Positions 9,898 to 19,290 of a stretch of DNA of 64,000 nt are shown one piece after another; the first letter of the stretch is position 1, and each line of letters opens with the position of its first letter. Under the pieces are notes generated by a model. That model worked only from the letters and a program-made list of their open reading frames with translations, was not told the origin of the DNA and ran no database searches. The DNA is from an uncultured Pseudomonadota bacterium (GTDB lineage: Bacteria; Oederibacteriota; Muellerivitia; Muellerivitales; Muellerivitaceae). The stretch is taken from assembly GCA_963836235.1 (NCBI GenBank), contig CAWIIP010000004.1, forward strand, positions 768,001 through 832,000, written 5' to 3'. The position numbers and the translations under genes were made by a program.

Positions 9898-10967
9898 AGG
9901 TTGTTCGTGTATTGATTGTGGACGACTCGGCGGTCGTGAGGTCCATTTTGGCCAAGCGGTTTACCGAGGCCGGTCTGGAAGTGGTGGGAGTGGCGGCCAA
10001 TCCCTATATTGCGAGGGACCTGATCCTTCTTAAAAAGCCCGACGTCCTGACACTCGATTTGGAAATGCCCCGGATGGATGGGTTGACCTTTCTGGATCGT
10101 CTGATGACCCATTACCCCATTCCCGTAATCGTTCTTTCCAGTTTGACGGAAGCCCGCAGTGAAATGGCCTTGCAGGCCCTGGAGTTAGGAGCGGTTGATG
10201 TTATCGCCAAACCTTCCAGGGGTGTGGCGGAAGGGCTAGAGGGCGACAGCTTAAAACGCCTGGTCGAGAGCGTTTACGCGGCGGGAGAGGCCCGGCCTCG
10301 GCGGAGGAGTTTGAAGATTCTAAAAGCCGATGGAGTGGGAAAGAGAAAAAATCCCATTGAAATCACCAGTGATAAAGTGGTCGCCATCGGAGCTTCCACG
10401 GGCGGAACGGAAGCCTTGGCCGAATTATTGGAATCCTTGCCGGCGGATAATCCGGGTGTTTTGGTCGTTCAGCACATGCCCCCTTATTTCACCAAAACTT
10501 TCGCGGAACGCTTGGACAAAAGTTGTTCCCTTCGGGTAAGGGAAGCGAGAAGCGGCGATGAAGTGAGGGATGGGACGGTCTTGATCGCTCCGGGTAATTT
10601 TCACATGATCCTCCGGCGAACGGGCGCCAAATACTTTGTGGAATGCCGCCAAGGACCTTTGGTACACCATGTGCGTCCCAGTGTAGACGTCCTTTTTCAT
10701 TCGACGGCTCAAGCCGCCGGCCCTAACGCAGTGGGCGTGATATTGACCGGCATGGGAAAGGACGGCGCCGAAGGGCTCTTGTCCATGCGGTTGGCCGGGG
10801 CGCCTACCTTGGCCCAAGACGAAGAATCCTGCGTGGTTTATGGAATGCCTAAGGAAGCCGTTGCGAGAGGAGCCGTCAAGGAAGTGATGCCGCTCAGTCA
10901 GATGGCCGAAGCCATCCAGTTGAAAATTAAAAAAATGATATCTTCCGCCGCGGCGGTTGAGAAATAA
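9894..10967 (+). CDS. cheB: Chemotaxis methylesterase CheB
   Basis: N-terminal REC; GASTGG, VQHMP, RPSVD, LTGMGKDG. Confidence 0.96.
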   Translation: MKVVRVLIVDDSAVVRSILAKRFTEAGLEVVGVAANPYIARDLILLKKPDVLTLDLEMPRMDGLTFLDRLMTHYPIPVIVLSSLTEARSEMALQALELGAVDVIAKPSRGVAEGLEGDSLKRLVESVYAAGEARPRRRSLKILKADGVGKRKNPIEITSDKVVAIGASTGGTEALAELLESLPADNPGVLVVQHMPPYFTKTFAERLDKSCSLRVREARSGDEVRDGTVLIAPGNFHMILRRTGAKYFVECRQGPLVHHVRPSVDVLFHSTAQAAGPNAVGVILTGMGKDGAEGLLSMRLAGAPTLAQDEESCVVYGMPKEAVARGAVKEVMPLSQMAEAIQLKIKKMISSAAAVEK

Positions 10968-10977
10968 GAGGAAGCAA

Positions 10978-11403
10978 ATGGTGGATACGTCAAAAGGGTA
11001 TTATCTGGAATTGGAACAAAGGCTTTATTCGCTTCGCGGACATTTTGCCCTTTGCCAGGGATTGCGCGACGAGGAAACACTTGATTGGGCGAAGTTTTTT
11101 CTTACCTGGAGTCAAAAAGCTTCGAAGTGTTGCGATTCTTGGAGCGCCGAAAATCTCCGCGTTCTCGATAACCTCATCCTTGAACTGCAAAAGTCCAAGG
11201 GGAGTGTCACTGGTTATGAGGTTTTAGAAGGAATCATGGCCGTAGCTACGAATCATCTGAATCAAGAAATCTTGAAAAATTTGAGAGGTGGGGAAACGAA
11301 GAGCCCCATCCTTAAGCCTTTGGAAAAGAAAAGCTTGGTTTCGGTTGCGGACTCCCAGGGGTTCATCGATGACACCGATTCCCCTCAAAGCACAAGGCTT
11401 TAG
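10978..11403 (+). CDS. Hypothetical protein
   Basis: GAGG RBS, last ORF of the che cluster; no motif. Confidence 0.6.
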   Translation: MVDTSKGYYLELEQRLYSLRGHFALCQGLRDEETLDWAKFFLTWSQKASKCCDSWSAENLRVLDNLILELQKSKGSVTGYEVLEGIMAVATNHLNQEILKNLRGGETKSPILKPLEKKSLVSVADSQGFIDDTDSPQSTRL

Positions 11404-11547
11404 CGGTCGAAAGCTTAAAAACTCCACGGATGTCTTTATTTACGTTTTTATTGAAGTTTCCTTGGTTTGAACTCGACTTATTGGAAATCAAAGACTGTTC
11501 TCTCCCTACGAGTTCTGTAAAATATCACGGCTATCATCCGAAAGTAA

Positions 11548-12300
11548 TTGGGGGCTACCGTGCCAGGACCGCTAAAAGCCACAACATCTTTTAAATCTTT
11601 TACCTTATCCATTGATATCGGAGGCACGGGGCTAAAGGCTTCGGTACTGGATGCCCAAGGAAAGATGGTGGTCGATCGGGTCAGGATTGATACACCTTAT
11701 CCCTGTCCGCCAAAAGTGCTGGTGGTGGCACTGGCCCAATTGGTGGAAAACCTTCCGTCGTTCGACCGGGTTTCGATTGGGTTTCCGGGCGTGGTTAGGG
11801 AAGGCAAGATCATTACCGCTCCCCATTTTGGGAACGATGTTTGGCGAGGTTTTCCACTAGCCAAGACCCTCGCTGATAAATGGGGAAAACCGGTCCGCAT
11901 TTTAAATGACGCGGACATGCAAGGGACGGCGGTTGTTCAAGGCAAGGGATTGGAATTGGTGGTGACTTTGGGAACCGGAGTGGGAACGGCTCTGTTTCGT
12001 AATGGCGAATTGATGCAACGCATGGAATTGGCCCAACACCCAGCTTGGGAGAATAAGACTTATAACGAATATATTGGCGATAAGGTTTTGAAGAAAAAAG
12101 GCAAAAAGAAGTGGAACAAGCGGGTGGAGCATGCTTTGGAGCTTTTAAATACTCTCCTCAATCCCGATAAGGTTTACATTGGTGGTGGAAATGCTCAAAA
12201 CATCTCATTCAAACTCGATAAAAACACCAAGCTGGTTTCCAATGAGGCTGGTATCCTCGGAGGCATCACTTTGTGGAATCAGGCGGAAAACTCCCTTTGA
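11548..12300 (+). CDS. ROK-family kinase, polyphosphate glucokinase-like
   Basis: SIDIGGTGLK, GFPG, LNDADM, TLGTGVG, MELAQH, IGGG; lacks the Cys-rich zinc motif; basic KKKGKKKWNKR segment. Confidence 0.8.
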   Translation: MGATVPGPLKATTSFKSFTLSIDIGGTGLKASVLDAQGKMVVDRVRIDTPYPCPPKVLVVALAQLVENLPSFDRVSIGFPGVVREGKIITAPHFGNDVWRGFPLAKTLADKWGKPVRILNDADMQGTAVVQGKGLELVVTLGTGVGTALFRNGELMQRMELAQHPAWENKTYNEYIGDKVLKKKGKKKWNKRVEHALELLNTLLNPDKVYIGGGNAQNISFKLDKNTKLVSNEAGILGGITLWNQAENSL

Positions 12301-12323
12301 AGTTTTCAAAAGGGAATGGATTA

Positions 12324-13625
12324 ATGGCCGTATTCGCTCGGCGATGGGTTCTGGCGCTTTGCTTGGGGATGGCTCTGGGATGGGTGACGGGATGCAGCTT
12401 TAAACCCAAGGATATGTCCCACACTCTAGTGCTTTCCTGTTGGGGGGACACGGACGAATATACGATTCTGATTGGCCTAGTGAAAATTTTTGAGGCCCAA
12501 AATCCCGGTTGGCAGGTTGAAATCCAAAGAACCCCTTATAACGACTACATTACGAAGCTCCTGACCCAGTCGGCGGGTGGTTTTTTGCCGGATGTCCTTT
12601 TTATGGGGGTTGATGAAGCCCTGCAGTTTTATCCCCGTGGATTGTTGGAACCCTTGGACGCTTATATGGCGGAGGATAAAGATTTTCATCTGGAAGATTA
12701 TTATCCCCAATCGCTCGAACCTTTCCACTTTAATGGAAAACTTTACGTTTTGCCCCGGGACTTCGGAACCATTTCAGTGGTCTATTACAACCAGGACCTT
12801 TTTCAACAGGCTGGACTGGTTTTTCCAAAGGATGATTGGACCTGGGATGATCTATTGGCCGACGCCAAGGTTTTAACTAAAAAAGACACATCGGGGAAGA
12901 CGATTTGTTGGGGTTTCATGGATGACTGGGTGAACGAGGATCCTTGGGTATATTCCATGGGGGCCTATTGGGTGGACGACTACCGGAAACCCACCCGTTG
13001 GAAGTTTAATGATCCGAATCTAATCCAAGGAATCCAATACCGGGCGGATCTAACGGTTAAATACCATGTGTCCCCATCGAACGCCGACCGAACACAGATG
13101 GGTGGCACCAGCGCGGCGGATTTCTTCCTGAACGGCCAAGCCGCCATGTTTTTCTCGGGAATTTGGAAGACCCCTTATCTACGCCAGGGAAAGAAATTTA
13201 AATGGAATGTAGCTATGTTTCCCAAGGGACCCACGGGCAAACGTGGATTCTGGTTGGGGAGCGCCTGTTATGGACTTTCTTCATCCTCGAAACACAAGGA
13301 AATGGGGTGGAAACTCATCCGATTCTTGACGGGAGAGGAGGCTGAAAAGACTTTCGCGGCCACGGGTTTCGCAGTTCCTGCCCTGCGAGGGGTAGCCGAA
13401 TCGAAGGTTTTTCTGGACGATCAACCGCCCTTGAATAAGGGAATGGTTTTAAAGTCGATTCTTTATGGCATTTGGTATCCGTTTGCCACCAATTGGATTG
13501 AAGTTAGGGATGGAATTATCCGACCCGAATTGGACCGGGTATGGGCGGGTGAGGAAACGGCTGCCCAAGCCTGTTCAAAACTTCAAAAGGTTCTTCAGAC
13601 TCATTCGTTGCGAGGGATAAACTGA
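12324..13625 (+). CDS. Sugar ABC transporter substrate-binding lipoprotein
   Basis: Signal peptide with lipobox VTGC; GKLYVLP, YYNQDLF, WTWDDL, FLNGQAAM motifs. Confidence 0.88.
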   Translation: MAVFARRWVLALCLGMALGWVTGCSFKPKDMSHTLVLSCWGDTDEYTILIGLVKIFEAQNPGWQVEIQRTPYNDYITKLLTQSAGGFLPDVLFMGVDEALQFYPRGLLEPLDAYMAEDKDFHLEDYYPQSLEPFHFNGKLYVLPRDFGTISVVYYNQDLFQQAGLVFPKDDWTWDDLLADAKVLTKKDTSGKTICWGFMDDWVNEDPWVYSMGAYWVDDYRKPTRWKFNDPNLIQGIQYRADLTVKYHVSPSNADRTQMGGTSAADFFLNGQAAMFFSGIWKTPYLRQGKKFKWNVAMFPKGPTGKRGFWLGSACYGLSSSSKHKEMGWKLIRFLTGEEAEKTFAATGFAVPALRGVAESKVFLDDQPPLNKGMVLKSILYGIWYPFATNWIEVRDGIIRPELDRVWAGEETAAQACSKLQKVLQTHSLRGIN

Positions 13626-13665
13626 AAGAAACGGGACATTGAATTCAAAAATTTAAGGAGATTCC

Positions 13666-14628
13666 ATGCCTATTCTCGACATGCCGTTGGAAAAATTAAA
13701 AACCTATAAGGGGATAAATCCAAGACCAAAGGATTTTGATTCTTATTGGCAGAAAGCACTTAGGGAAATGCGGTCGGTTGATCCTGACGTTAAAATCGCG
13801 CCGAATAAAACCATTCGGGTGTCCTATGCGGACTGTTTTGATCTTTACTGGACGGGAGTCGGTGGAGCTCGTATTTACGCTAAACTCCTGCGGCCAAAGA
13901 AGATGGCAAGACCTCATCCGGCCATCCTGGCTTTCCACGGTTATAGCATGTCCGCTGGTGACTGGAGTGACAAGCTGGCTTATGTGGCCGAGGGTTTTAC
14001 GGTGGCCTCCATGGATTGTCGGGGCCAAGGGGGATATTCGGAAGAAGTCGGCGGGGTCAAGGGAACCACCCTGCGCGGTCATATCATCCGCGGGCTGGAC
14101 GACAAGCCGGAGGCTTTGCTCTTCCGGCAGGTTTACTTGGATACGGCCCAATTGGCACAAATCGTCATGGGCCTCCCCGGCGTGGACAAAAACCGGGTCG
14201 GTGCCATGGGCGCCAGCCAGGGTGGTGGACTGACCCTGGCCTGTGCGGCTTTAGAACCTCGAATCAAACGTATCGCTCCCTGTTATCCTTTCCTTTCAGA
14301 TTACAAAAGAGTTTGGGACATGGACTTAGCAAAGGATGCCTACGAGGAATTACGATACTACTTCCGTAGTTTCGACCCTTTTCACGAACGAGAAAAGGAA
14401 ATCTTCACCCGACTAGGTTATATCGACGTCCAGCACTTGGCGCCCCGAATCAAGGCCGAGACGCTCATGGCTATTACACTGATGGACTCCATCTGTCCAC
14501 CCTCCACCCAGTTCGCGGCCTACAACAAGATCAAGGTCAAGAAACGAGCGGCCCTCTACCCGGATTATGGCCATGAACATTTAAGAGAATGGGGGGATAG
14601 GACCTTCCAGTTCATGACAGGATTGTAA
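13666..14628 (+). CDS. Acetylxylan esterase / cephalosporin-C deacetylase (CE7)
   Basis: DFDSYW, FHGY, DCRGQG, GASQGG nucleophile, D..CPPST, YGHE. Confidence 0.92.
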   Translation: MPILDMPLEKLKTYKGINPRPKDFDSYWQKALREMRSVDPDVKIAPNKTIRVSYADCFDLYWTGVGGARIYAKLLRPKKMARPHPAILAFHGYSMSAGDWSDKLAYVAEGFTVASMDCRGQGGYSEEVGGVKGTTLRGHIIRGLDDKPEALLFRQVYLDTAQLAQIVMGLPGVDKNRVGAMGASQGGGLTLACAALEPRIKRIAPCYPFLSDYKRVWDMDLAKDAYEELRYYFRSFDPFHEREKEIFTRLGYIDVQHLAPRIKAETLMAITLMDSICPPSTQFAAYNKIKVKKRAALYPDYGHEHLREWGDRTFQFMTGL

Positions 14629-14637
14629 TGGCCAACC

Positions 14638-15417
14638 ATGCGTGATTGTTTTCTCTGCGGTTCGAAGAGTGAACTTTATGTCTGGGTAGGTGCCTACGAT
14701 TATCTGAAGTGTCAGGGGTGCGGCCTGATTTACGTGAGTTCCATTGAACCATCCGATAAGCTCTACGGGTCATACGATGGCGGTTTTTTAAAATCCTTGC
14801 GGCGAAAACTATTCATGCCTTTTAGAAGTTTCGAAGGGGCCAGCCATTTCAAACTATCGATGGAGCGGGCCAATCGGATCTTCAATCGGGTACTTTCTCT
14901 TGTTGCTGGGCAAAGTCCAGAACCGGTATTTTTAGATATAGGTTGTAACAAGGGGTTTTTATTGGCCGTCGCCCTTTCCCACGGTTGGAGGGTTTTTGGT
15001 GTTGAATTGGTCCCTGAATTAATCCTTCCTTTCAAACGCCGCTATCCAAGTTCAGCCGGAAGCATGATCTCCCATAGTTTTATTGAGGCCCAAGAGGGGA
15101 TGAAGGATGGGATGTTTGACGCCATCACCGCAATAGACGTTATCGAACATTTTGAAGAACCACTCCGTGATATGCGCCATATTTTTAGGGTCTTGAAGCC
15201 AGGCGGGGTTCTTTTGCTTCAAACGCCAGATACGGAAAATCTCAAGGTGGCCCAATTAAAAGAGCGATGGGGGGCCTTAAAGCCAAGGGAACATCTGCAT
15301 TTGTTCAATCGAAAAAATCTAACTCTTTTCGCTGAAAAACTTGGGTTCAAAGATGTTGAACTTTTTGATGCTTTTGATCGTGAGGATGGCAACTTCGTGG
15401 TGGCTTTAAGGAAATAG
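14638..15417 (+). CDS. Class I SAM-dependent methyltransferase with N-terminal CxxC pairs
   Basis: CFLC...CQGC, LDIGCNKG, FDAI..DVIEH, LKPGG. Confidence 0.88.
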   Translation: MRDCFLCGSKSELYVWVGAYDYLKCQGCGLIYVSSIEPSDKLYGSYDGGFLKSLRRKLFMPFRSFEGASHFKLSMERANRIFNRVLSLVAGQSPEPVFLDIGCNKGFLLAVALSHGWRVFGVELVPELILPFKRRYPSSAGSMISHSFIEAQEGMKDGMFDAITAIDVIEHFEEPLRDMRHIFRVLKPGGVLLLQTPDTENLKVAQLKERWGALKPREHLHLFNRKNLTLFAEKLGFKDVELFDAFDREDGNFVVALRK

Positions 15418-15424
15418 GCCTTCG

Positions 15425-16393
15425 TTATCGGTTTTTCTCAATAAATTCCCACATATCCAAAGGTAGTTTAGCTTCGAAAGTGATCTGGGTTCCATTAACT
15501 GGATGGGCTAAGGATAGCTTGCCGGCATGCAAGAGTTGACGGGATGTTTCCAGATGACCGGTAAAGGCCGGGTCGCCCCCCGCCTTAACATGATGAATAA
15601 ATTCCAAAAACTGCTCATCCGTACGTCCATAAAGCTTGTCGCCGACAATGGGATGTCCAATGGAATCTAAATGCACCCGTATTTGATTGGTGCGGCCTGT
15701 TTTAGGCCAGCATCGAAAAAGAGAGTAGCCTTTCAAATCTTCGAGCTTTTCGAAGCTAGTGAAAGAAGGCTTTGAATAAGGTGTATTCTCTGAAACGACC
15801 TTTTGACGGACAGAAATCGCGCTCGTCAAATCCTTCCCGATGGCTCCATTGACCTCAAACCGTTCTTTTTCCGGCCGGCCTTTCACGACGGCCTGGTATT
15901 CCTTTTTCACCTGGCCTTGTTCAAATTGGTGAACGAGGTTTAAGTGGGCTTCCTTATTTTTTGCCACCACCATCAATCCGCTGGTTTCCCGGTCCAGCCG
16001 GTGGACCAGACGGACGTCACCTTTCCACCCTTTTTTTCGTAGTTCTTCCGTGATGAGATAAATAAAGGTGTTTTTAATAAAATTACCATCCGCATGGGAG
16101 GGAAGTTGGCCTGGCTTTGAGGCCACTAAAAAGGAATCCTCTTCGTAGAGAACTTGGATATTTCGGTCCACGGGCGGTTCCTTCAGGATGACCGAATAAG
16201 CGACCCGGTCCCCTTTTTTAAGGGGAAGTCCAGGATTCACAACTTTTCCTTCAACGGTAACTTTGCCGGAACGGATTAGAGACTCCCAGGTTTCCTTGGT
16301 TTGATAACGGAAACGTTTGGAGAGATAGTCTGAGAGGGAATGGCCGGCTAGATTTAGGGGAACTTTGGATTGAAGAATGGTTTCTTCCGGCAT
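15425..16393 (-). CDS. RluA-family pseudouridine synthase with S4 domain
   Basis: KPGQLPSH, HRLDRETSG, TGRTNQIRVH, GHPIVGDKLY, QLLHA. Confidence 0.92.
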   Translation of the reverse strand: MPEETILQSKVPLNLAGHSLSDYLSKRFRYQTKETWESLIRSGKVTVEGKVVNPGLPLKKGDRVAYSVILKEPPVDRNIQVLYEEDSFLVASKPGQLPSHADGNFIKNTFIYLITEELRKKGWKGDVRLVHRLDRETSGLMVVAKNKEAHLNLVHQFEQGQVKKEYQAVVKGRPEKERFEVNGAIGKDLTSAISVRQKVVSENTPYSKPSFTSFEKLEDLKGYSLFRCWPKTGRTNQIRVHLDSIGHPIVGDKLYGRTDEQFLEFIHHVKAGGDPAFTGHLETSRQLLHAGKLSLAHPVNGTQITFEAKLPLDMWEFIEKNR

Positions 16394-16449
16394 TTCGACC
16401 TTTCAGCGGGGTGACTGAAAACAAGACTATTCTGAGGTAAGCTAGGCCC

Positions 16450-17181
16450 ATGAACAACAAACTTTTTGCGGTTCTTGTGGGACTGATCCTCCTGCCTTTT
16501 TTTGGATGGATGTATGAAGACTGGAAAAGCGATTCTGACGCCATTACTGAAAACGGGATACATCGGGACTTATTGATAAATAGCAATGGTGGAGAAGGAT
16601 CGGCGGAAATCCAATACATTTTTCATTTTCCTGATCCGGTTTACTCCCATTCCTTGTCCACGAGTCAAATTGAAGCCTTGAGTCGAAGCGGGGGTGAAGC
16701 GGAGCATTATCATGTTGATGGTCTGACACAAGCGGATTACTCGATGAATACTCGCTATGAAGTTAGCTGGTCTAAAAAGTGGTTTAAGTCCGAATATACG
16801 ATGTGGGTCGAGAATTTACGGGTGGAATTCACCTATAACACGTTGAATGTGTTTGTAACCAGTGAATATCCGAAAGAAAGTTGCGAATATCAGGCCACAT
16901 TGAACCACGAGAACCAACATGTAGCCATCCACCGTCAGATGTATGATCAATATCGGAAAATTTTCGAAGAAAAACTGGGACAAGCCACGAATATTCCGTT
17001 GTCGACCCATTCAATCACGGCGCCTTCGGTGGAGGAGGGGAAGATCCGTATTGGTCAAATAATCTCGGCGGTTTTAGATCCAATCTTCGACCAATTTAAG
17101 GAGAATCTGCAGGTCGAACAAGGTAAATTGGATACCCCTGAAAGCTATGCGGAACTAAAGGCAAAGTGCCAGCATTGGTAA
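16450..17181 (+). CDS. Exported hypothetical protein with HExxH motif
   Basis: N-terminal hydrophobic helix; HENQH. Confidence 0.6.
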   Translation: MNNKLFAVLVGLILLPFFGWMYEDWKSDSDAITENGIHRDLLINSNGGEGSAEIQYIFHFPDPVYSHSLSTSQIEALSRSGGEAEHYHVDGLTQADYSMNTRYEVSWSKKWFKSEYTMWVENLRVEFTYNTLNVFVTSEYPKESCEYQATLNHENQHVAIHRQMYDQYRKIFEEKLGQATNIPLSTHSITAPSVEEGKIRIGQIISAVLDPIFDQFKENLQVEQGKLDTPESYAELKAKCQHW

Positions 17182-17194
17182 CGAAAGCTCCGAT

Positions 17195-17896
17195 TTAGGT
17201 CGCCGCCATTTTCTTAGTGTAGCGGTTCAAAACGGGTGCGGCATCTTTGAGATGCACCAAGATATCACCCATTTTCCAGGATCGGTTGTAATGGGCTTGG
17301 GTGCGGCGGGTTAGGATGGCGGCCCTTAAATCCTCCGGCGATGTCCCTTCGAATTCCGTATATCCCATTCCGATAAAGCGTGAGTTGTGCGCGTCACTGC
17401 AACCGATTGGTGCCAGCCGATGATGGCTCATGATCTTTTGGGCTTTTTTGTTGCTCCAAAATGAAAGAGCATCGCCATGGTTGATGGTCTCAATGCCGTC
17501 AAAGGGTATATCGGAAAGGATTTCGACAGCCTTAGGATGATCCGACTGCTTGCCGGTGTACATGTGGAAAGGATGGGCCAAAACGGCCAAACCGCCTTGT
17601 TGATGGATCAAATCCACTGTTCGTTTGGCCGACAAGCGGGCCGGAACGAATTTTTCAAGGAAAAGCCCGATGACGTGGCCGTTCAAGGTGCTGACTTCTT
17701 CCCCAAGGATCACTCGCACGTTAAGGTCGGGACGACGGAGTGAGTATTCTTTGGCCCGGAGAGCTCCTTCCATGGTGTCGTGGTCAGTAACAGCGATAAT
17801 TTGGAGACCGGCTTTTGAAGCGGCTTTTACCACTTGGCGTGGGGCATGAAGCCCATCGGAGAAGTCGGTGTGGAGGTGTAAGTCAGCTTTAGCCAT
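17195..17896 (-). CDS. PHP-domain phosphoesterase
   Basis: DLHLHT..SDG, AVTDHD, GEEVS..GH, AHPF, SDAH. Confidence 0.9.
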   Translation of the reverse strand: MAKADLHLHTDFSDGLHAPRQVVKAASKAGLQIIAVTDHDTMEGALRAKEYSLRRPDLNVRVILGEEVSTLNGHVIGLFLEKFVPARLSAKRTVDLIHQQGGLAVLAHPFHMYTGKQSDHPKAVEILSDIPFDGIETINHGDALSFWSNKKAQKIMSHHRLAPIGCSDAHNSRFIGMGYTEFEGTSPEDLRAAILTRRTQAHYNRSWKMGDILVHLKDAAPVLNRYTKKMAAT

Positions 17897-17944
17897 TCCG
17901 GAAGTAAATCATAAAACGGGTTTGTAAGCGGTTCATCAAGGGCT

Positions 17945-17961
17945 AGTTACATTTTGGTTAA
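17945..17961 (-). promoter_or_regulatory. Pho-box-like direct repeat upstream of the PHP gene
   Basis: Minus strand TTAACC-AAAAT-GTAACT, 11-bp period. Confidence 0.55.
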
Positions 17962-17973
17962 CAATAAATGGTT

Positions 17974-18372
17974 TTAGATAAGCAAACTTTCTGGAACGAG
18001 GGGTCTAATTGTTCGCCCCAAGTGTTCATTTAGTTTCTTTTTGATCTTTTCCGTGGAACAGGGTTTGGAGAAAATCATATCGACATCCCAATTAAAGCAA
18101 TCTTCCAGGTGACGTAGGGAGGTAATTTGGGTTAAAGCGAGAATAGGAAGGTGCGATCCGTTTGGAAAGGAACGAACTTGCCGGACAAAATCTATCGATT
18201 TGAGTTCGGCGGTAGTGGGATCCAATAAGAGCGCGGAAGGCTGGTAAAGTTTGAAGAGTTCCATCGCCTGGGCTCCCCGACTGCAGTTAAGGATTCGGTA
18301 TTCATTGGAAAGACCTTCGTTTAATTCACACATTTGACGAATGTCCGAATCGATGATCATTATCTTTTGCAT
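17974..18372 (-). CDS. Single-domain response regulator (atypical)
   Basis: IIDSD, LLLDP, ILALT, FSKP; start moved to ATG after AGGAAGGAG. Confidence 0.75.
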   Translation of the reverse strand: MQKIMIIDSDIRQMCELNEGLSNEYRILNCSRGAQAMELFKLYQPSALLLDPTTAELKSIDFVRQVRSFPNGSHLPILALTQITSLRHLEDCFNWDVDMIFSKPCSTEKIKKKLNEHLGRTIRPLVPESLLI

Positions 18373-18484
18373 CTTCACTACTCCTTCCTGTTTGGACGTC
18401 ACGATAGACATACGAAGTCCAGATTTTTTAAAGAGGGGGTAAATTAGGAGTAAAATCAAATCTGACTTTCCTATGTAAATTGGT

Positions 18485-18501
18485 TTAACAAGCTTTTAAC
18501 A
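18485..18501 (+). promoter_or_regulatory. Pho-box-like direct repeat upstream of phoB
   Basis: TTAACA-AGCTT-TTAACA, 11-bp period. Confidence 0.7.
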
Positions 18502-18559
18502 TGGGCTTTGAAAGGCTTAGCTATAATCCCCGAAATATGAAGAAGTTCCTGGAGAAGGC

Positions 18560-19243
18560 ATGAAACAAATTTTTGTGGTTGAGGATGAAAAAGACCTGGT
18601 CGAACTGCTCACCTATAACTTGGAAAAAGACGGCTACCGTGTTCTTTCGGAAATGGACGGCGAGGCCGCCCTGAAGAAAATCCCGGATAAGATGCCGGAT
18701 TTGGTGTTGTTGGATTTGATGCTGCCCAAGATCGACGGTCTTACCGTTTGCAAAACTTTGAAATCCAATCCCAAGACCAGCCACATTCCCGTGGTTATGT
18801 TGACGGCCAAGGGCGAAGAGTCGGATAAGATCGTGGGACTGGAACTAGGCGCAGACGATTATGTTACCAAGCCTTTCTCGGTAAAGGAATTGTTGGCCCG
18901 TGTTCGGGCAGTTTTAAGGCGATTCAGCAAGGCGCAAGAAGGGGAGGCGGTTCAGAAATTCAAGGACCTGACCTTAAATCGGGTCAAACACGAGGTTGTT
19001 TTAAAGAGCCAAAAACTTGATTTAACGGCAAAGGAATTCGAGCTTTTGGATTATTTCTTGACCCATTCAGGCCGGGTTCTGTCTCGGGATGTTCTTTTGA
19101 ACAATGTTTGGGGTTATGATTATTTCGGTACAACCCGCACGGTGGATGTCCACGTGAGGCGCCTCCGAGAAAAGCTTGGAGCTTACGAAAAACACATCCA
19201 GACGGTCAAGGGTTACGGCTATCTTTTTAAAGAAGAAGCCTGA
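18560..19243 (+). CDS. phoB: PhoB/PhoP OmpR-family response regulator
   Basis: REC plus winged helix (VWGYDY, RTVDVHVRRLREKL, TVKGYGY); adjacent to phoR and pst genes. Confidence 0.88.
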   Translation: MKQIFVVEDEKDLVELLTYNLEKDGYRVLSEMDGEAALKKIPDKMPDLVLLDLMLPKIDGLTVCKTLKSNPKTSHIPVVMLTAKGEESDKIVGLELGADDYVTKPFSVKELLARVRAVLRRFSKAQEGEAVQKFKDLTLNRVKHEVVLKSQKLDLTAKEFELLDYFLTHSGRVLSRDVLLNNVWGYDYFGTTRTVDVHVRRLREKLGAYEKHIQTVKGYGYLFKEEA

Positions 19244-19290
19244 CGGCCATTTGCCGTTAGCTTTCCATTACCATACTAGCCAAGGTTCAA

